NCBI GenBank assembly: GCA_043228905.1
Contig: JBHGNT010000007.1
Location: 9,796,001 to 9,860,000 of the forward strand
Direction of reading: 5' to 3'
From: Azolla caroliniana
Lineage: Eukaryota; Plantae; Polypodiophyta
DNA length: 64,000 nucleotides
Made by a program: the position numbers and the translations under genes. Below, in pieces: positions 11,067-23,225 of the stretch; the stretch's first letter is position 1; every line of letters begins with the position of its first letter. Below the pieces are notes generated by a model. It was not told where the DNA came from, made no database searches, and saw only the letters and a list, made by a program, of their open reading frames with translations.

Positions 11067-11625
11067 GACAAACTTGGAGGATTTTTCTCTAAAATAAAAG
11101 AAAATGTAGAGTAACCATAAATTGCAGAAATGCAAGATGACACATGCTATCCTAGTGTTGCCTTCGTGGTTCTTCGTTTACTAAAGGATAGCTACAAGTA
11201 TGTTTCCTTTTAAGTGGAATGTGATTTTATCCCCTTCACCGAATTATGGAGAAATGTCGTTACTTTAATTAAACTATATACCTCGTACCTTCGATACGAG
11301 TGAAAACGAGTTCAATCAACAATTGTATTAAGCATTATGTTTAGAGGACGAATTTTTTATCAAATTAAAGGACCCGTCGATGATTAGGAATAGATTGAAT
11401 AATTCTAAACCATTACAATATTCAAGATTTAATAAGATATTTATGGTAACAGCTAATTTGGATATACTTTACATTTTTTAACACGTATTATACTTTTAAT
11501 TTCAATACATATGGATATTTGGAACCCAATACATGTAGATTATGTAACCACAAGGTTTTATATCTTGCATTTTTGAATTCTAAGACTTTTTTCGTATAAG
11601 ATTCAACATGAACTAGACTTGATGT

Positions 11626-11702
11626 TTCCATTGCTGAGACTTGAACCTATGTCGCTCAACTGAAAGCCGAGCGAGTATTTGAACCAACTAGACTACAATG
11701 GA
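11626..11702 (-). pseudogene. tRNA-Glu pseudogene
   Basis: 4-nt insertion plus substitutions. Confidence 0.8.
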
Positions 11703-12187
11703 GTTGACAAACTTCAAGGATTTTCCTCTAAAATAAAAGAAAATGACAATTAACCATAACTTGCGGAAATGCAAGATGACACATGCTATCATAGTGTTGC
11801 CTTCGTGGTTCTTGGTTTACTAAAGGACAACTACAAGTATGATTCCTTTCAAGTGAAATGTGATTTTAACCCCTTGAACGAATTATCGAGAAATGTCGTT
11901 ACTTTAATTAAACAATATACCTCATACCTTTGATACAAGTGAAAATGAGTTCAATCGGCAATTGTGTTAAGCTTTATGTTTAGATGATGAATTTTCTATC
12001 AAATTAAAGGACTCCTTGATAATTAGGAATAGACTGACTAATTCTAAACCATTATAATATACAAGATTTCATATTATACTTTTAAATTCAATACATGTAG
12101 ATGATGTCACCACAAGGTTTTATGTCTTGTTTATGTCAATTATGAAACTCTTTTTGTATAAGATGCAACCTGAACTAGACTTAATAA

Positions 12188-12260
12188 TTCCATCACCGGG
12201 CCATGAACCCGGGTCGCTCATGTGAAAGCCTAGGATCGTAACCAACTAGACTACAATGGA
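12188..12260 (-). pseudogene. tRNA-Glu pseudogene
   Basis: Reverse complement of consensus with stem mismatches. Confidence 0.8.
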
Positions 12261-12874
12261 GTTGACAATGTTGAAGGATGTTTCTCTAAAATAAAAGAAA
12301 ATGTCAATTACCCATAAATTACGGAAACGCAAGAGGACACATGATATCCTAGTATTGCGTTTGTGGTCCTTGGTTTACTAAAGGAGGGCATCAAGTATGT
12401 TTCCTTTTAAGTGAAATGTGATTTTATCCCCTTGAATGAATTATCGAGGAATGCCTATACTTTAAGTAACCAAAATACCTCGTACCTTTCATACAATTGA
12501 AAATGAGTTCAATTGGCTAATATGTTAAGGTTTATGTTATAGAAGACGAATTTTTTATCAAATTCAAAGAGTTATCGATGATTGGGAATAGAGTGAATAA
12601 TTCAAACCACTCTAACATACAAGATTTAATAAGATATTTACGATTGGGAATAGACCTAGTTTTGAATGCGCAAGACACATGATACACTTTAGTTTTTCAA
12701 CAAGTAACGTATTATAATTTTAGATTCAATAGTTATGGATATTTGGAAATTAGAGCCCACAATAGTAACCCAATACATGTAGATTATGTAACCTGAAAGC
12801 TGCGAGGTATGTCTTGTATTTGACAATTATGAGAGTTTGTATGTATGAGATGGAACCTGAACTTCACTTGATGT

Positions 12875-12947
12875 TTCCATTGTCGGGACTTGAACGTAGG
12901 TCACTCGGGTGAAAACCGAGTATCCTAACGAACTAGACTATAACGCA
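12875..12947 (-). pseudogene. tRNA-Glu pseudogene
   Basis: T stem and acceptor stem mutated. Confidence 0.8.
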
Positions 12948-13504
12948 GTTAACAAAATTGAAGAATGTTTCTCTAAAATAAAAGAAAATGTTAATTAACC
13001 ATAAATTGCGGAAACACAAGATAACACATGATATCCTAGTGTTGCCTTTGTGGTTTTTGGTTTACTAAAAGAGAGCATCAAGTATGTTTCCTTTTAAGTG
13101 AAATTTGATTTTATCCCCTTGAAGGAATTATAGAGAAATATTGTTACTTTAATTAAACAATATATCATGTACCTTTGATACGAGTTAAAATGAGTTCAAT
13201 CGTCTAATATGTTAAGCTTTATTGTATAGAAGACAACTTTTTTATCAAATTCAAAGAGTCAGGGCTGATTGGGTATAGAGTGAATAATTCTAACCGATTA
13301 TAACAGACAAGATTTAATAAGACATTTATGGTAAGACCTTATTTTGGAATGTGCAAGACACATGATACGCTTTCGGTTTTTCGAAACGTATTATAGTTTC
13401 AAATTTGATACATGTAGATTATATCACCACAAGGTTTTATGTCTTGTATTTGTCAATTATAAGACTTTATTTGTATAAGATGCAACGGAAACTAGACTTG
13501 ATTA

Positions 13505-13650
13505 ATCCTTTGCTAGGACTTGAACCCGGGTCACTCGGATAAAAGCCGTGTATCCTAACCTTAACAAGACTTTATGTTTACTTTACTTGGACTTGAACCC
13601 CGATCACTAGAGTGAAAGCTGAGTACCCAAAGTAACTAGACTACAATGGA
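13505..13650 (-). pseudogene. Two partial tRNA-Glu copies separated by filler
   Basis: Fragments at 13505-13560 and ~13589-13650. Confidence 0.7.
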
Positions 13651-13958
13651 GTTAACAATGTTGAAGGATTTTTTTCTAAAACAAAAGAAAATGTAAAAAT
13701 TAACCATAAATTGCGGAAACCCAAGATTTAATATACCAGATTTTATAAGCTATTAATGCTAAGACACATGATACATTTTAGGTTTTTCTACAAGTAATGT
13801 ATTATACTTTTAAATTCAATACTTATGGATATTTGGAATTAGAGGACACAATTGTAACCCAATACATTGAGATTATGTAAGCACAAGGTTTTATGTCTTG
13901 TATTTCTCAATTATGAGACTTTTTATGTATTAGATGCAATCTGAACTTGACTTGATGT

Positions 13959-14031
13959 TTCCATTGCCGGGACTTGAAAGTAGGTCGCTCGGGTGAAAGC
14001 CGGCTATCCTTACCAACGACAGTACAATGGA
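13959..14031 (-). pseudogene. tRNA-Glu pseudogene
   Basis: D arm and T stem mutated. Confidence 0.8.
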
Positions 14032-14262
14032 GTTAACAAAGTTGAAGGATGTTTCTATAAAATAAAAGAAAATGTCAACTAAACTATGGAAACAACTAAC
14101 GTATAATATACTTTTAAATTCAATACTTATGGATATTTGTAACTAGAGGCCACCATTGTAACCCACTACATATAGATTATGTCACCACAAGGTTTTATGT
14201 CTTGTATTTGTCAATTATGAGAATTTTTTCGTATATGATGCAACTTGAAGTAGACTTGATGT

Positions 14263-14335
14263 TTCCATTGTCGGGACTTGAACCCAAGTCTCTCGGGTGA
14301 AAGCCAAGTATCCTAACCAACTAGACTACAATGGA
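14263..14335 (-). tRNA. tRNA-Glu(TTC), best candidate for a functional copy
   Basis: TCCATTG/CAATGGA acceptor, CTTGG-CTTTCAC-CCGAG anticodon arm and TTGGG-TTCAAGT-CCCGA T arm all pair (with G-U). A and B boxes intact. Confidence 0.8.
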
Positions 14336-14925
14336 GTATGGAGTTGACAAACTCAAGGATGTTTCTCTAAAACAAAATAAAATCTCAATTAACCATAAAT
14401 TGCGGAAACGCAACATAACACATGATATCCTAGTGTTGTCTTCGTGGTTCTTGGTTTACTAAAGGAGAGCATGAAGTATGTTTCCTTTTAAGTGAAATTT
14501 GATTTTCTGCCCTTGAATGAATTATTGACAAATGTCGTTACTTTAATTAAACAATATACATCTTACCTTTCATACGAGTTAAAATGACTTCAACCAGCTA
14601 ATATTGTAAGCTTTATTGTATAGAAGACAAATTTTTTATCAAATTCAAAGAGTCATCGATGATTGGGTATAGAGTGAATAATTCTAACCCACTATAACAT
14701 ACAAGTTTTAATAGGATATTTATGGTAATACCTTGTTTTGGAATGCGCAAGACACATGATACGCTTTATGGTTTTCAACACGTATTATAGTTAGTTTCGA
14801 ATTTCATTCATATGGATATTGTAACCCAATACATGTAGATTATGTGACCACAAGGTTTTATATCTTGAATTTCTCAATTATGAGACATTTTACCTATAAG
14901 ATGCAACCTAAACCAGACTTGATGT

Positions 14926-14998
14926 TTCCATTACCGGTACTTGAACCTAGTTCGCTCGGATGAAAGCCCAATATCCTAACCAACTAGACTAGGATGGA
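14926..14998 (-). pseudogene. tRNA-Glu pseudogene
   Basis: Many substitutions. Confidence 0.8.
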
Positions 14999-15534
14999 GT
15001 TGACAAAGTTGAAGGATTTTTCTTTAAAATTAAATAAAATGTTAATTAACCATAAATTGTGGAAACACAAGATGAGACATGACATCCTAGTGTTGCCTTC
15101 GTTGTTCTTGGTTTACTAACTGAAATGTGATTTTTATCCCCTTGTATGAATTATCAAGAAATTTCGTTACTTTAATTAAACTCCTCGATGATTGGGAATA
15201 GAGTGAAAGACTCCTCAATGATTGGGAATAGAGTGAAAGACTCCTCAATGATTGGGAATAGAGTGAATAATTCTAACGCACTATAACATACAAGATCTAA
15301 TATGATAGGTATGGTAAGACCTAATTTTGAATGCAAACGACACATAATACGCTTTAGGTTTTTCAACAAGTAATGTATTATAGTTTTAAATTCAATAGTT
15401 ATGGATATTTGGACGTAGACGCCACAATTGTAACCTAATACATGTAGATTATGTAGCCACAAGGTTTTATGTCTTGTATTTGTTAATTATGAGACATTTT
15501 ACGTATGAGATGCAACCTCAACTAGACTTGATGT

Positions 15535-15600
15535 TTCAATTGCCAGACTTGAACTGCTCAGGTGAAAGCTGAGTATCCTAACCAACTAGAGTATAATGGA
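15535..15600 (-). pseudogene. tRNA-Glu pseudogene with deletion
   Basis: About 7 nt missing from the variable loop and T arm. Confidence 0.8.
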
Positions 15601-16203
15601 GTTGACAAAGTTGAAGGTTTTTTCTCTAAAATAAAAGAAAATGTCAATTAAGCATAGATTGCGGAAACGCAAGATGACACATGATATCCTAATGTTGCTT
15701 TTGTGGTTCTTGGTTTACTAAAGTAGAGCTTGAAGTATGTTTCCTTTTAAGTGAAATGTTGTTTTATCCCTTTGTATGAATTATCGAGAAATTTCGTTAC
15801 TTTAATTAAACAATATACCCCGTACCTTTCATACAAGTGAAAATGAGTTCTCAAATTCGGGTAATATGTTAAGCTTTATGTTATAGAAGATGAATATTTT
15901 ATCATATTAAAAGATTTCTCAATGATTGGGAATAGCGTGAATTATTCTAAACCATTATAACATACAAGATTTAATAAGATATTTATGGTAAGACCTAATT
16001 TTGAATGCGCAAGACATATGATACGCTTTAGGTTTTTCCAGACGTATTATACTTTTAAACTCCATACTCATGGATATTTGAAATTAGAGGCCACAATTGT
16101 AACCCAATACATGTAGATTATGTCACCACAAGGTTTTATGTAGTGTACTTGTCAATTATGACACTATTTCCATATAAGACGCAACCTCAACTAGACTTGA
16201 TAT

Positions 16204-16276
16204 TTCCTTTGTCGAGACTTGAACTAGGGTCACTCGGGTGAAAGCCCAGTATCCTAACCAACTAGACTACAATGGA
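16204..16276 (-). pseudogene. tRNA-Glu pseudogene
   Basis: Stem mismatches; TTC anticodon retained. Confidence 0.75.
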
Positions 16277-16830
16277 CTTGACAAAGTTGAACGCTTTTCC
16301 ACTAAAATAAAAGAAAACCTCAATTAACCATAAATTGCGGAAACACAAGATGACACATGATATCCTAGTGTTTCGTTTGTGGGTCTTGGTTTACTAAAGG
16401 GGAACATCAAGTATGTTTCCTTTTAAGTGAAATGTGATTTTATCCCCTTGAATGAATTATCGAGAAATTTTGTTACTTTAATTAAACAATATACCTCGTA
16501 CCTTTCATACGAGTGAAAATGAGTTTAATCGGCAATTATGTTAAGGTTTATGTTATAGACGACGAATTTTTTTTCGAATTAAAAGACTCCTCAATGATTG
16601 GGCGTATAGTGAATAATTCTAACCCACTATAACATAGAAGATTTAATAAGATATTGATGGTAAGACCTAATATTGAATGCGAAAGATGTATTATACTTTT
16701 AAACTCGATACTTATGCATATTTGGAATTAGTGGGCACAAATGTAACCCAATACATGTAGATTATGTCACCACAAGGTTTTATGTCTTGGACTTTTTCGT
16801 ATAAGATGCACCATTAACTAGACTTGCTCT

Positions 16831-16903
16831 TTCCTTTGTCAGGACTTGAACCCGGGTCACTTGGTTAAAAGCCGAGTATCCAAACCAACTAGACTACAAT
16901 GGA
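16831..16903 (-). pseudogene. tRNA-Glu pseudogene
   Basis: Anticodon loop mutated. Confidence 0.8.
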
Positions 16904-17508
16904 GTATGGAGTTGACAAAGTTGAAGGATATTTCCCTAAAATCAAAGAAAATCTCAATTAACCATAAATTGCGGAAACGCAAGATGATACATGATATCCT
17001 AGTGCTACCTTTGTGGGTCTTGGTTTACTAAAGGGCAGCTTTAAGTATGTTTGCTTTTAAGCGAAATGTAATTTTATCCTCTTGAATGAATTATGGAGAA
17101 ATGTCAGTACTTTAATTAAACAATATACCTCGTACCTTTCATACGAGTAAAAATGAGTTCAACCGGCAATTATGTTAAGCTTTATGTTATAGAGGATCAA
17201 TTGTTTATTAAATTAAAAAATTCTCAATGATTAGGAATAGAGTGAATAATTCTAACCCACCATAACATACAAGATTCAATCATATATTTATGGTAAGACC
17301 TAATTTTGAATGCGCAAGTCACATGATACGCTTTAGGTTTTTCAACACGTATTATACTTTCATTTTCGATACGCAAGGATATTTGGAAATAGAGGCCACT
17401 ATTGTAACCCACTACATGTAGATTATGTCATGGCAAGGTTTTATGTCTTGTATTTGTCAATTATGAAACTTTTTTCGCATAAGATGGAAGCTAAACTAGA
17501 CTTGATGT

Positions 17509-17581
17509 TTCCATTGCCGGTACTTGAACCCGGGTCGCTCGGGTGAAAGACGAGTATCGTGACCAACTAGACTATAATGGA
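17509..17581 (-). tRNA. tRNA-Glu(TTC), degenerate
   Basis: About 5 differences from consensus. Confidence 0.55.
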
Positions 17582-18175
17582 GTATGGAGTTGACAAAGTT
17601 GAAGGATATTTCTCTAAAATAAAATAAAATGTCAATTAACCGTCAATTGCGGAAATGCAAGATGACACATGATATCCTAGTGTTGCCTTCGTGGTTCTTC
17701 GTTTACTAAAGGAGAGCATCAAGTACGTTTCCTTTTAAGTGAAATGTGATTTTATCCCCTTCAATAAATTATGGAGAAATGTAGGTACTTTAACTAAACA
17801 ATATACCTCGTACTTTTGATATGAGTGAAATTTAGTTCAATCAAGTAAAATGTTTTAGAAGATGAATTGTTTATCAAATTAAAAGATTCCTCCATGATTG
17901 GGAATAGAGTAAATAATTCTAACCCACTATAACATACAAGATTTAATCAGATATTTATGGTAAGACCTAATTTTGAATGCGCAAGTTACATCAGATGGTT
18001 TAGGTTTATCAACACGTATTATACTTTCACATTCGATACACATGGATATTTGGATTTGGAAGCCACCATTGTAACCCATTGCATCTAGATTATGTCACGA
18101 CCAGGTTTTATGTCTTGTCTTTGTCAATTATAAGCCTTTTTTCATATAAGATGCAACCTGAACTAGACTTGATGT

Positions 18176-18248
18176 TTTCATTGCCTGGACTTGAACCCGA
18201 GTCGCTCAGGTGAAAGCCGAGTACCCTAACCAACTAGACTACAATGGA
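18176..18248 (-). tRNA. tRNA-Glu(TTC), degenerate
   Basis: About 5 differences from consensus. Confidence 0.55.
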
Positions 18249-18561
18249 GTATAGAGTTGACAATGTTGAAGGATGTTTCTCTAAAATAAAATAAAATCTC
18301 CATTAACTATAAATTGCGGAAACGCAAGATGACACAGGATATCCTAGTGTTACCTTCGTGGTTCTTCGTTTACTAAAGAGAGCATCAACTATGTTTCCTT
18401 TTCAATGAAATGTGATTTTATCCCCTTGAATGAATAATCGAGAAATGTCGTTACTTTAATTTAACAATATACATGGTACTTTTGACATGATACGCACACG
18501 TATTATACTTTCAAATTCGATACATATGGATATTTGGAATTGGAGGCCACCATTGTAATGC

Positions 18562-19121
18562 GAGAGACGCTCGGTTACGTATGAGCAAAGGAACACAGGG
18601 ACATGGCCCTGTCAACGCAGAAGACATGAATGGACACAGAGACAAAGAGACACGAATGTTTGTATATTAATGAATGACAAATAAACAACTGAGCACGCGA
18701 GCGGTTACAACCGAACAGGTTGGCGAACAGATGCCGATGCCTGCTCATCTGCGCACGAAAGGGAATAGGATGGAGGTGTTGCCGGAAGCACACGGGCATT
18801 CCTCGAAGCAGCGCGAGCCTCCCGAAAACCTCCAGAGAAGAGCGATGGAGAACGAACAGAGGAGAAGCGTTCGGTTTCGGTCCGACAGCACTTCGTCCTC
18901 CTCAATCCAATAATCCCCTTCTCCCCGCGTCTCTCTCTCTTTTATAGCTTCAAGAAGGGAGCCGTTTCCCTCATTAACTTCCTACCTACCGAATCTAACT
19001 ACCTAGGATATACCTTTGTACCTAATTCTCTATTATATACATTAAAGGGCGCGCACACGTGAAGAGCCGGTTCACGCGCTCTATGCACCGATTACGCTAA
19101 GGAACGGTTTTCTTCACGACA
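18562..19121 (-). repeat. 3' LTR, missing ~90 bp at its distal end
   Basis: Matches 22201-22760. Confidence 0.9.
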
Positions 19122-22100
19122 TCCACCCCCACCTAACCGCGCATCCACCGGTATGCGCCAAAATTGGGTTCTGGTTGGAGAAAACCGATCCGGGTTCCGG
19201 TTCCTCGTCCATCGGTTCGTCCTCCGTTTCGGACTGTTCATCATCGCTGTCCAGGCCTCTTAAATCCGGTTCGCCGTCGTGGCCCTTCTTGAACGCTTTG
19301 ATCCGCTTCCTTGCTACCGGTATCGCCATCCCCGTACCGTCGAGTTCCGCCAGGTGATACGTCCCGCTGTCGTTGGCGCTCGTTACTACGTAAGGCCCGA
19401 ACCACCGCTTTGCAAACTTCCGTGTTGCCTGGTGCTGGTTGTCGAGGCTGCTGTCGTAGACTAGCACCCAGTCGCCTTCCTCGATTTTCTTTGGTCAGAG
19501 CCGGTGTGTTCGGTCGAACCGGGCTTTGTTCCTCATCCTAGCCGTCCGAAGTCTCTCCGCCGCTCGTTCCACGTCCTCTGGCCTCTGCTCGAGCTGCCGT
19601 ATACGCGCCGTTAGCAGTTCTTCCCGGCTCATCTCGTCTCTCCAGTCCACTGTCGCCCAAGAGGAGATCGTCCGTTCCATCGACATGATCGGCTTCTGTC
19701 CGAACATGAGCTCTGACGGCATGAACCCGGTTACCGAACTGTGCGTTGTCCGGTCCGCCCACAAGGCATAAGGTAACAGTCGTGGCCAGTTCCCGACCTG
19801 GCCTCCGCACGCCCGGACTAGCGCTTTGACGATCAGTCCGTGTCCACGCTCCGCCTTCCCGTTCGCCTCCGGATTGTACATTGTGGTGAGCGAGAGCTTG
19901 ACCCCTAACCGGTCGAACAACTCCTCCGCCTCTTCGGCGTCCAACTCCCCGCGATCAGCCACGATCTTCCCGACGCACCCGTACCGGCATATCACGTCCT
20001 CAATCAGGAACCGACACACGGCCGTGGTCGTTTTGTTCTGCAGGGCTCGGCCTTCCACCTGGTTCGTCAGGTCCTCTCGGGCCAGCACCAGATATCGCAT
20101 CTACCCTACGCCCATCGGCATCGTCACCAAATCTACCATCCATTTGAAGTGGATGGCCGGAGGGTATGTAGGGTGAAGCTCGTCCCGATGTCGGACTATG
20201 GAGTGTATCTGACAACTCTCACAAGTTGTCACGAACCGATGCACGTCCCGGTACAGTCCTGGCCACCAGTACTTCCCCTTTAGTTTCTCGAACGTGGCCC
20301 ACGTCCCACGGTGTCCAGCCCAAGGGCTATCGTGGTAGGCCTTCAGCAACTCCTCCTATTCCTCCTCCATCGCCACTACTTGGAGCAGGATGCCGTTTCT
20401 CTTCTTCGGGTGCTTTCACAAGTATTCGTCCCGGAGAAAGAATCGGTATGCTTTCCTCCGGATCCGGTTGGCCTCGTTCTTTGTCCATGACGCGTCCGGC
20501 GTCATCGTCCTCAAGAATCCCCCAATCTGCAGCCACTCCCCGTCGTACTTTCTCTCGTTGAAATCATTAAGCGCCGGAGTGCTCCCTCCCTCGGTTGTTA
20601 CCATGCCGCCCTCGTCGTCGAATCGCGCCCTCGAAAGCATGTCGGCCATGGCATTCTCTCTCCCGGAAATGTGTCGTATTTCCAGATCCAAGGACTTGAT
20701 CTACGCTATCCACCTGAGCATTGCCAGGTCCGGGGTTGTGCATCCAGAAACCATGCCGAGAATCGGTAGGCAGTCCGTCTCGATAATCACCTCTGTCCCG
20801 ATCAGATAGTCTTTATTGGCCTTCACCGCCGAAACAATACCCTAGAGTTCGCGTTTAACCTGGGCGTATCCTCGCTGTCGCTCGCTGAGGACCTTCGCGC
20901 CGAACCGGATTGGGAACCGAATGCCGTCCTTATCTTCTTGGTTGATGACCCATCCGATCCTGGTCGGACTTGTATCTACCGTTATGTAGATGGGAGTGTC
21001 TTTCTCGTATACAGCCTTCCGGAGTGCCGGAGCTGCAGCAAGAGCCTCCATCTTTCGGACCGACTCCGTATGCTCCTCTCGCCACTCGAATTTTCGCCCC
21101 TTTTTCAGCAACCCGTATAGCGGCTCGGCAACATGGGCGTAATGCGGGATCCATATGTGGTAGAATGCGCATGCTCCCAAGAACCTCCGTACCTCCGTGA
21201 TCGAGTTACAGTCGGGCTTCATTGCGGAGATGGCTTCCACCTTAGCCGGAGACGGTTTCCGGCCATACGGTCCGCATAGATGTCCGACGACCATGATATC
21301 TGATTGCCCGAAGGCCGATTTCTTCCCGGAGAAGGTGAGCCTCGCGTCCTCTAGCCTCTACAGCATCCTCTCGCAGTCGTCAATGTGTGTCGCCACGAAT
21401 TTCCGGCATCCGTCTGGTCCGATCGTTTCGTCCCTTTCCTCCACCGGACATCCCTTGATCGGGATGTCGTCCAAGAATGGCATGGTGATGTCCGGGATAC
21501 AATCCCTCAGCACCTTGTTCATCGTATTCACCATGTGGGCCACCGAGTTCGTCCCTCCTTGTGGCAGGGTACACATCCGCACTAGGCCGAGAGGAGTCCG
21601 CATCGTCGTAATGTCTCTGCTTTCCACGGCTAGTTGGAACTGATCATACCCCAAGTAGAGATCACCGACTGAGTAGATCGACCTTCCGACGAAGGCCTCC
21701 GCGAACTCATCTATCGTTGGTCCGATTCCTGCGTTCCGAATGGTCACTCTATTGACTGGTTCCAGGTCTTGAATGAAGCGCAACGTCCCGTTCTTCTTCG
21801 GTACGGTAAACCACCGGTTCGAGTACGGGGCACTCGACAACTCGAGGATGCCCATATTGACTTTCTGCCTCAACAACTCCATCAGCTCCGGGATGTGAGC
21901 TCTCGGTACCGGAATTGGTTTGAGATTCCACAGCACATGCGGTACCGTGAATATCACCATCGGCTTCACGACTGTCGGGTCTACGCACCCGATCTCTTCC
22001 AGTGAGAATGCGAAGGCTTTCCCGTGCCTTCTGAGCATTCTCTGAAACCGGTCTTCTTCCACCGGCAGTAGGAACCCGCCCCCACCGATTTTGAGCCATG
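19114..22100 (-). pseudogene. pol: pol (RT, RNase H, integrase) with stops and frameshifts
   Basis: WNLKPIPVPRAH, FIQDL, LPQGGTNSV, PFLDDIPIKG, TVDTSP, HDSPWAGHRG...CESC, IVADRGE, KRWFGPY. Confidence 0.9.
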
Positions 22101-22110
22101 CCCCCAAAGA

Positions 22111-22760
22111 TGTCGCATTGGTACGCGCGTGCGTGGAGAAACGAGGCAGGACCACCGGGGTCTTGAACCAAAGAGCAGGTGATAGAAGGGGAAAGAGAAA
22201 GAGAGACGCTCGGTTATGTATGAGCAAAGGAACACAGGGACACGACCCTGTCAACGCAGAAGACACGAATGGACACAGAGACAAAGAGACACGAATGTTT
22301 GTATATTAATGAATGACAAATAAACAACAGAGCACGCGAGTGGTTACAACCGAACAGGCCGGCGAACAGATGCCGATGCCTGCTCATCTGCGCACGAAAG
22401 GGAATAGGATGGAGGTGCTGCCGGAAGCACACGGGCGTTCCTCGAAGCAGCGCGAGCCTCCCGAAAACCTGTAGAGAAGAGCGATGGAGAACGAACAGAG
22501 GAGAATTGTTCGGTTTCGGTCCGACCACACTTCTTCCTCCTCAATCCAATAATCCCCTTCTCCCCGCATCTCCCTCTCTTTTATAGCTTCAAGAAGGGGG
22601 CTGTTTCCCTCATTAACTTCCTACCTACCGAATCTAACTACCTAGGATATACCTTTGTACCTAATTCTCTATTATATACATTAAAGGGCGCGCACGCGTG
22701 AAAAGCCAATTCACGCGTGCTATGCACCGATTACGCTAAGGGACGGTTTTCTTCACGACA
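22111..22760 (-). repeat. 5' LTR (650 bp)
   Basis: Direct repeat of 18562-19121. Confidence 0.9.
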
Positions 22761-22922
22761 ACGTATTATACTTTCAAACTCGATATCTATGGATATTTGG
22801 AATTGAAGGCCATAATTGTAAAACAATAAATGTAGATTATGTCACCACAAGGTTTTATGTCATGTATTTGTTAATTATGAGACTATTTTCTTATAAGATG
22901 CGACCTGACCTAGACTTGATGT

Positions 22923-22995
22923 TTCCATTGTCGGGACTTGAACCCGGGTCGCTCGGGTGAAAGCCGAGTATGGTAACCAACTAGACTTTAATGGA
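22923..22995 (-). tRNA. tRNA-Glu(TTC), degenerate
   Basis: Anticodon arm intact; D arm and T8 mutated. Confidence 0.55.
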
Positions 22996-23225
22996 GTATG
23001 GAGTTAACATATTTGAAGGATATTTCTCTAAAATAACATAAAATCTCAATTAACCATAAATTGTGGAAACCCAAGATGACACATGATATCCTAGTGTTGC
23101 CTTCGTGTTTCTTCGTTTACTAATGGAGAGCATCAAGTATGTTTCCTTTTAAGTGAATGTGATTTTATCCCCTTGAATGAATTATCAAGAAATGTTATTA
23201 CTTTAATTAAACAATATACCTCGTA

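Larger units (their letters stand above)
18562..22760 (-). mobile_element. Gypsy retrotransposon, internally deleted (no gag or protease)
   Basis: 5' LTR 22111-22760 (TGTCG...CGACA); 3' LTR 18562-19121, truncated; PPT GGTGGGGGTGGA; RT-RH-IN between. Confidence 0.9.

Noticed and set aside
15172-15462. ORF with repeated FTLFPIIEES
   Set aside because: A local 30-bp triplication in the non-coding array spacer.
21358-22284. 308-aa ORF with a unique N-terminus
   Set aside because: The N-terminus comes from LTR sequence fused to RT by an internal deletion.
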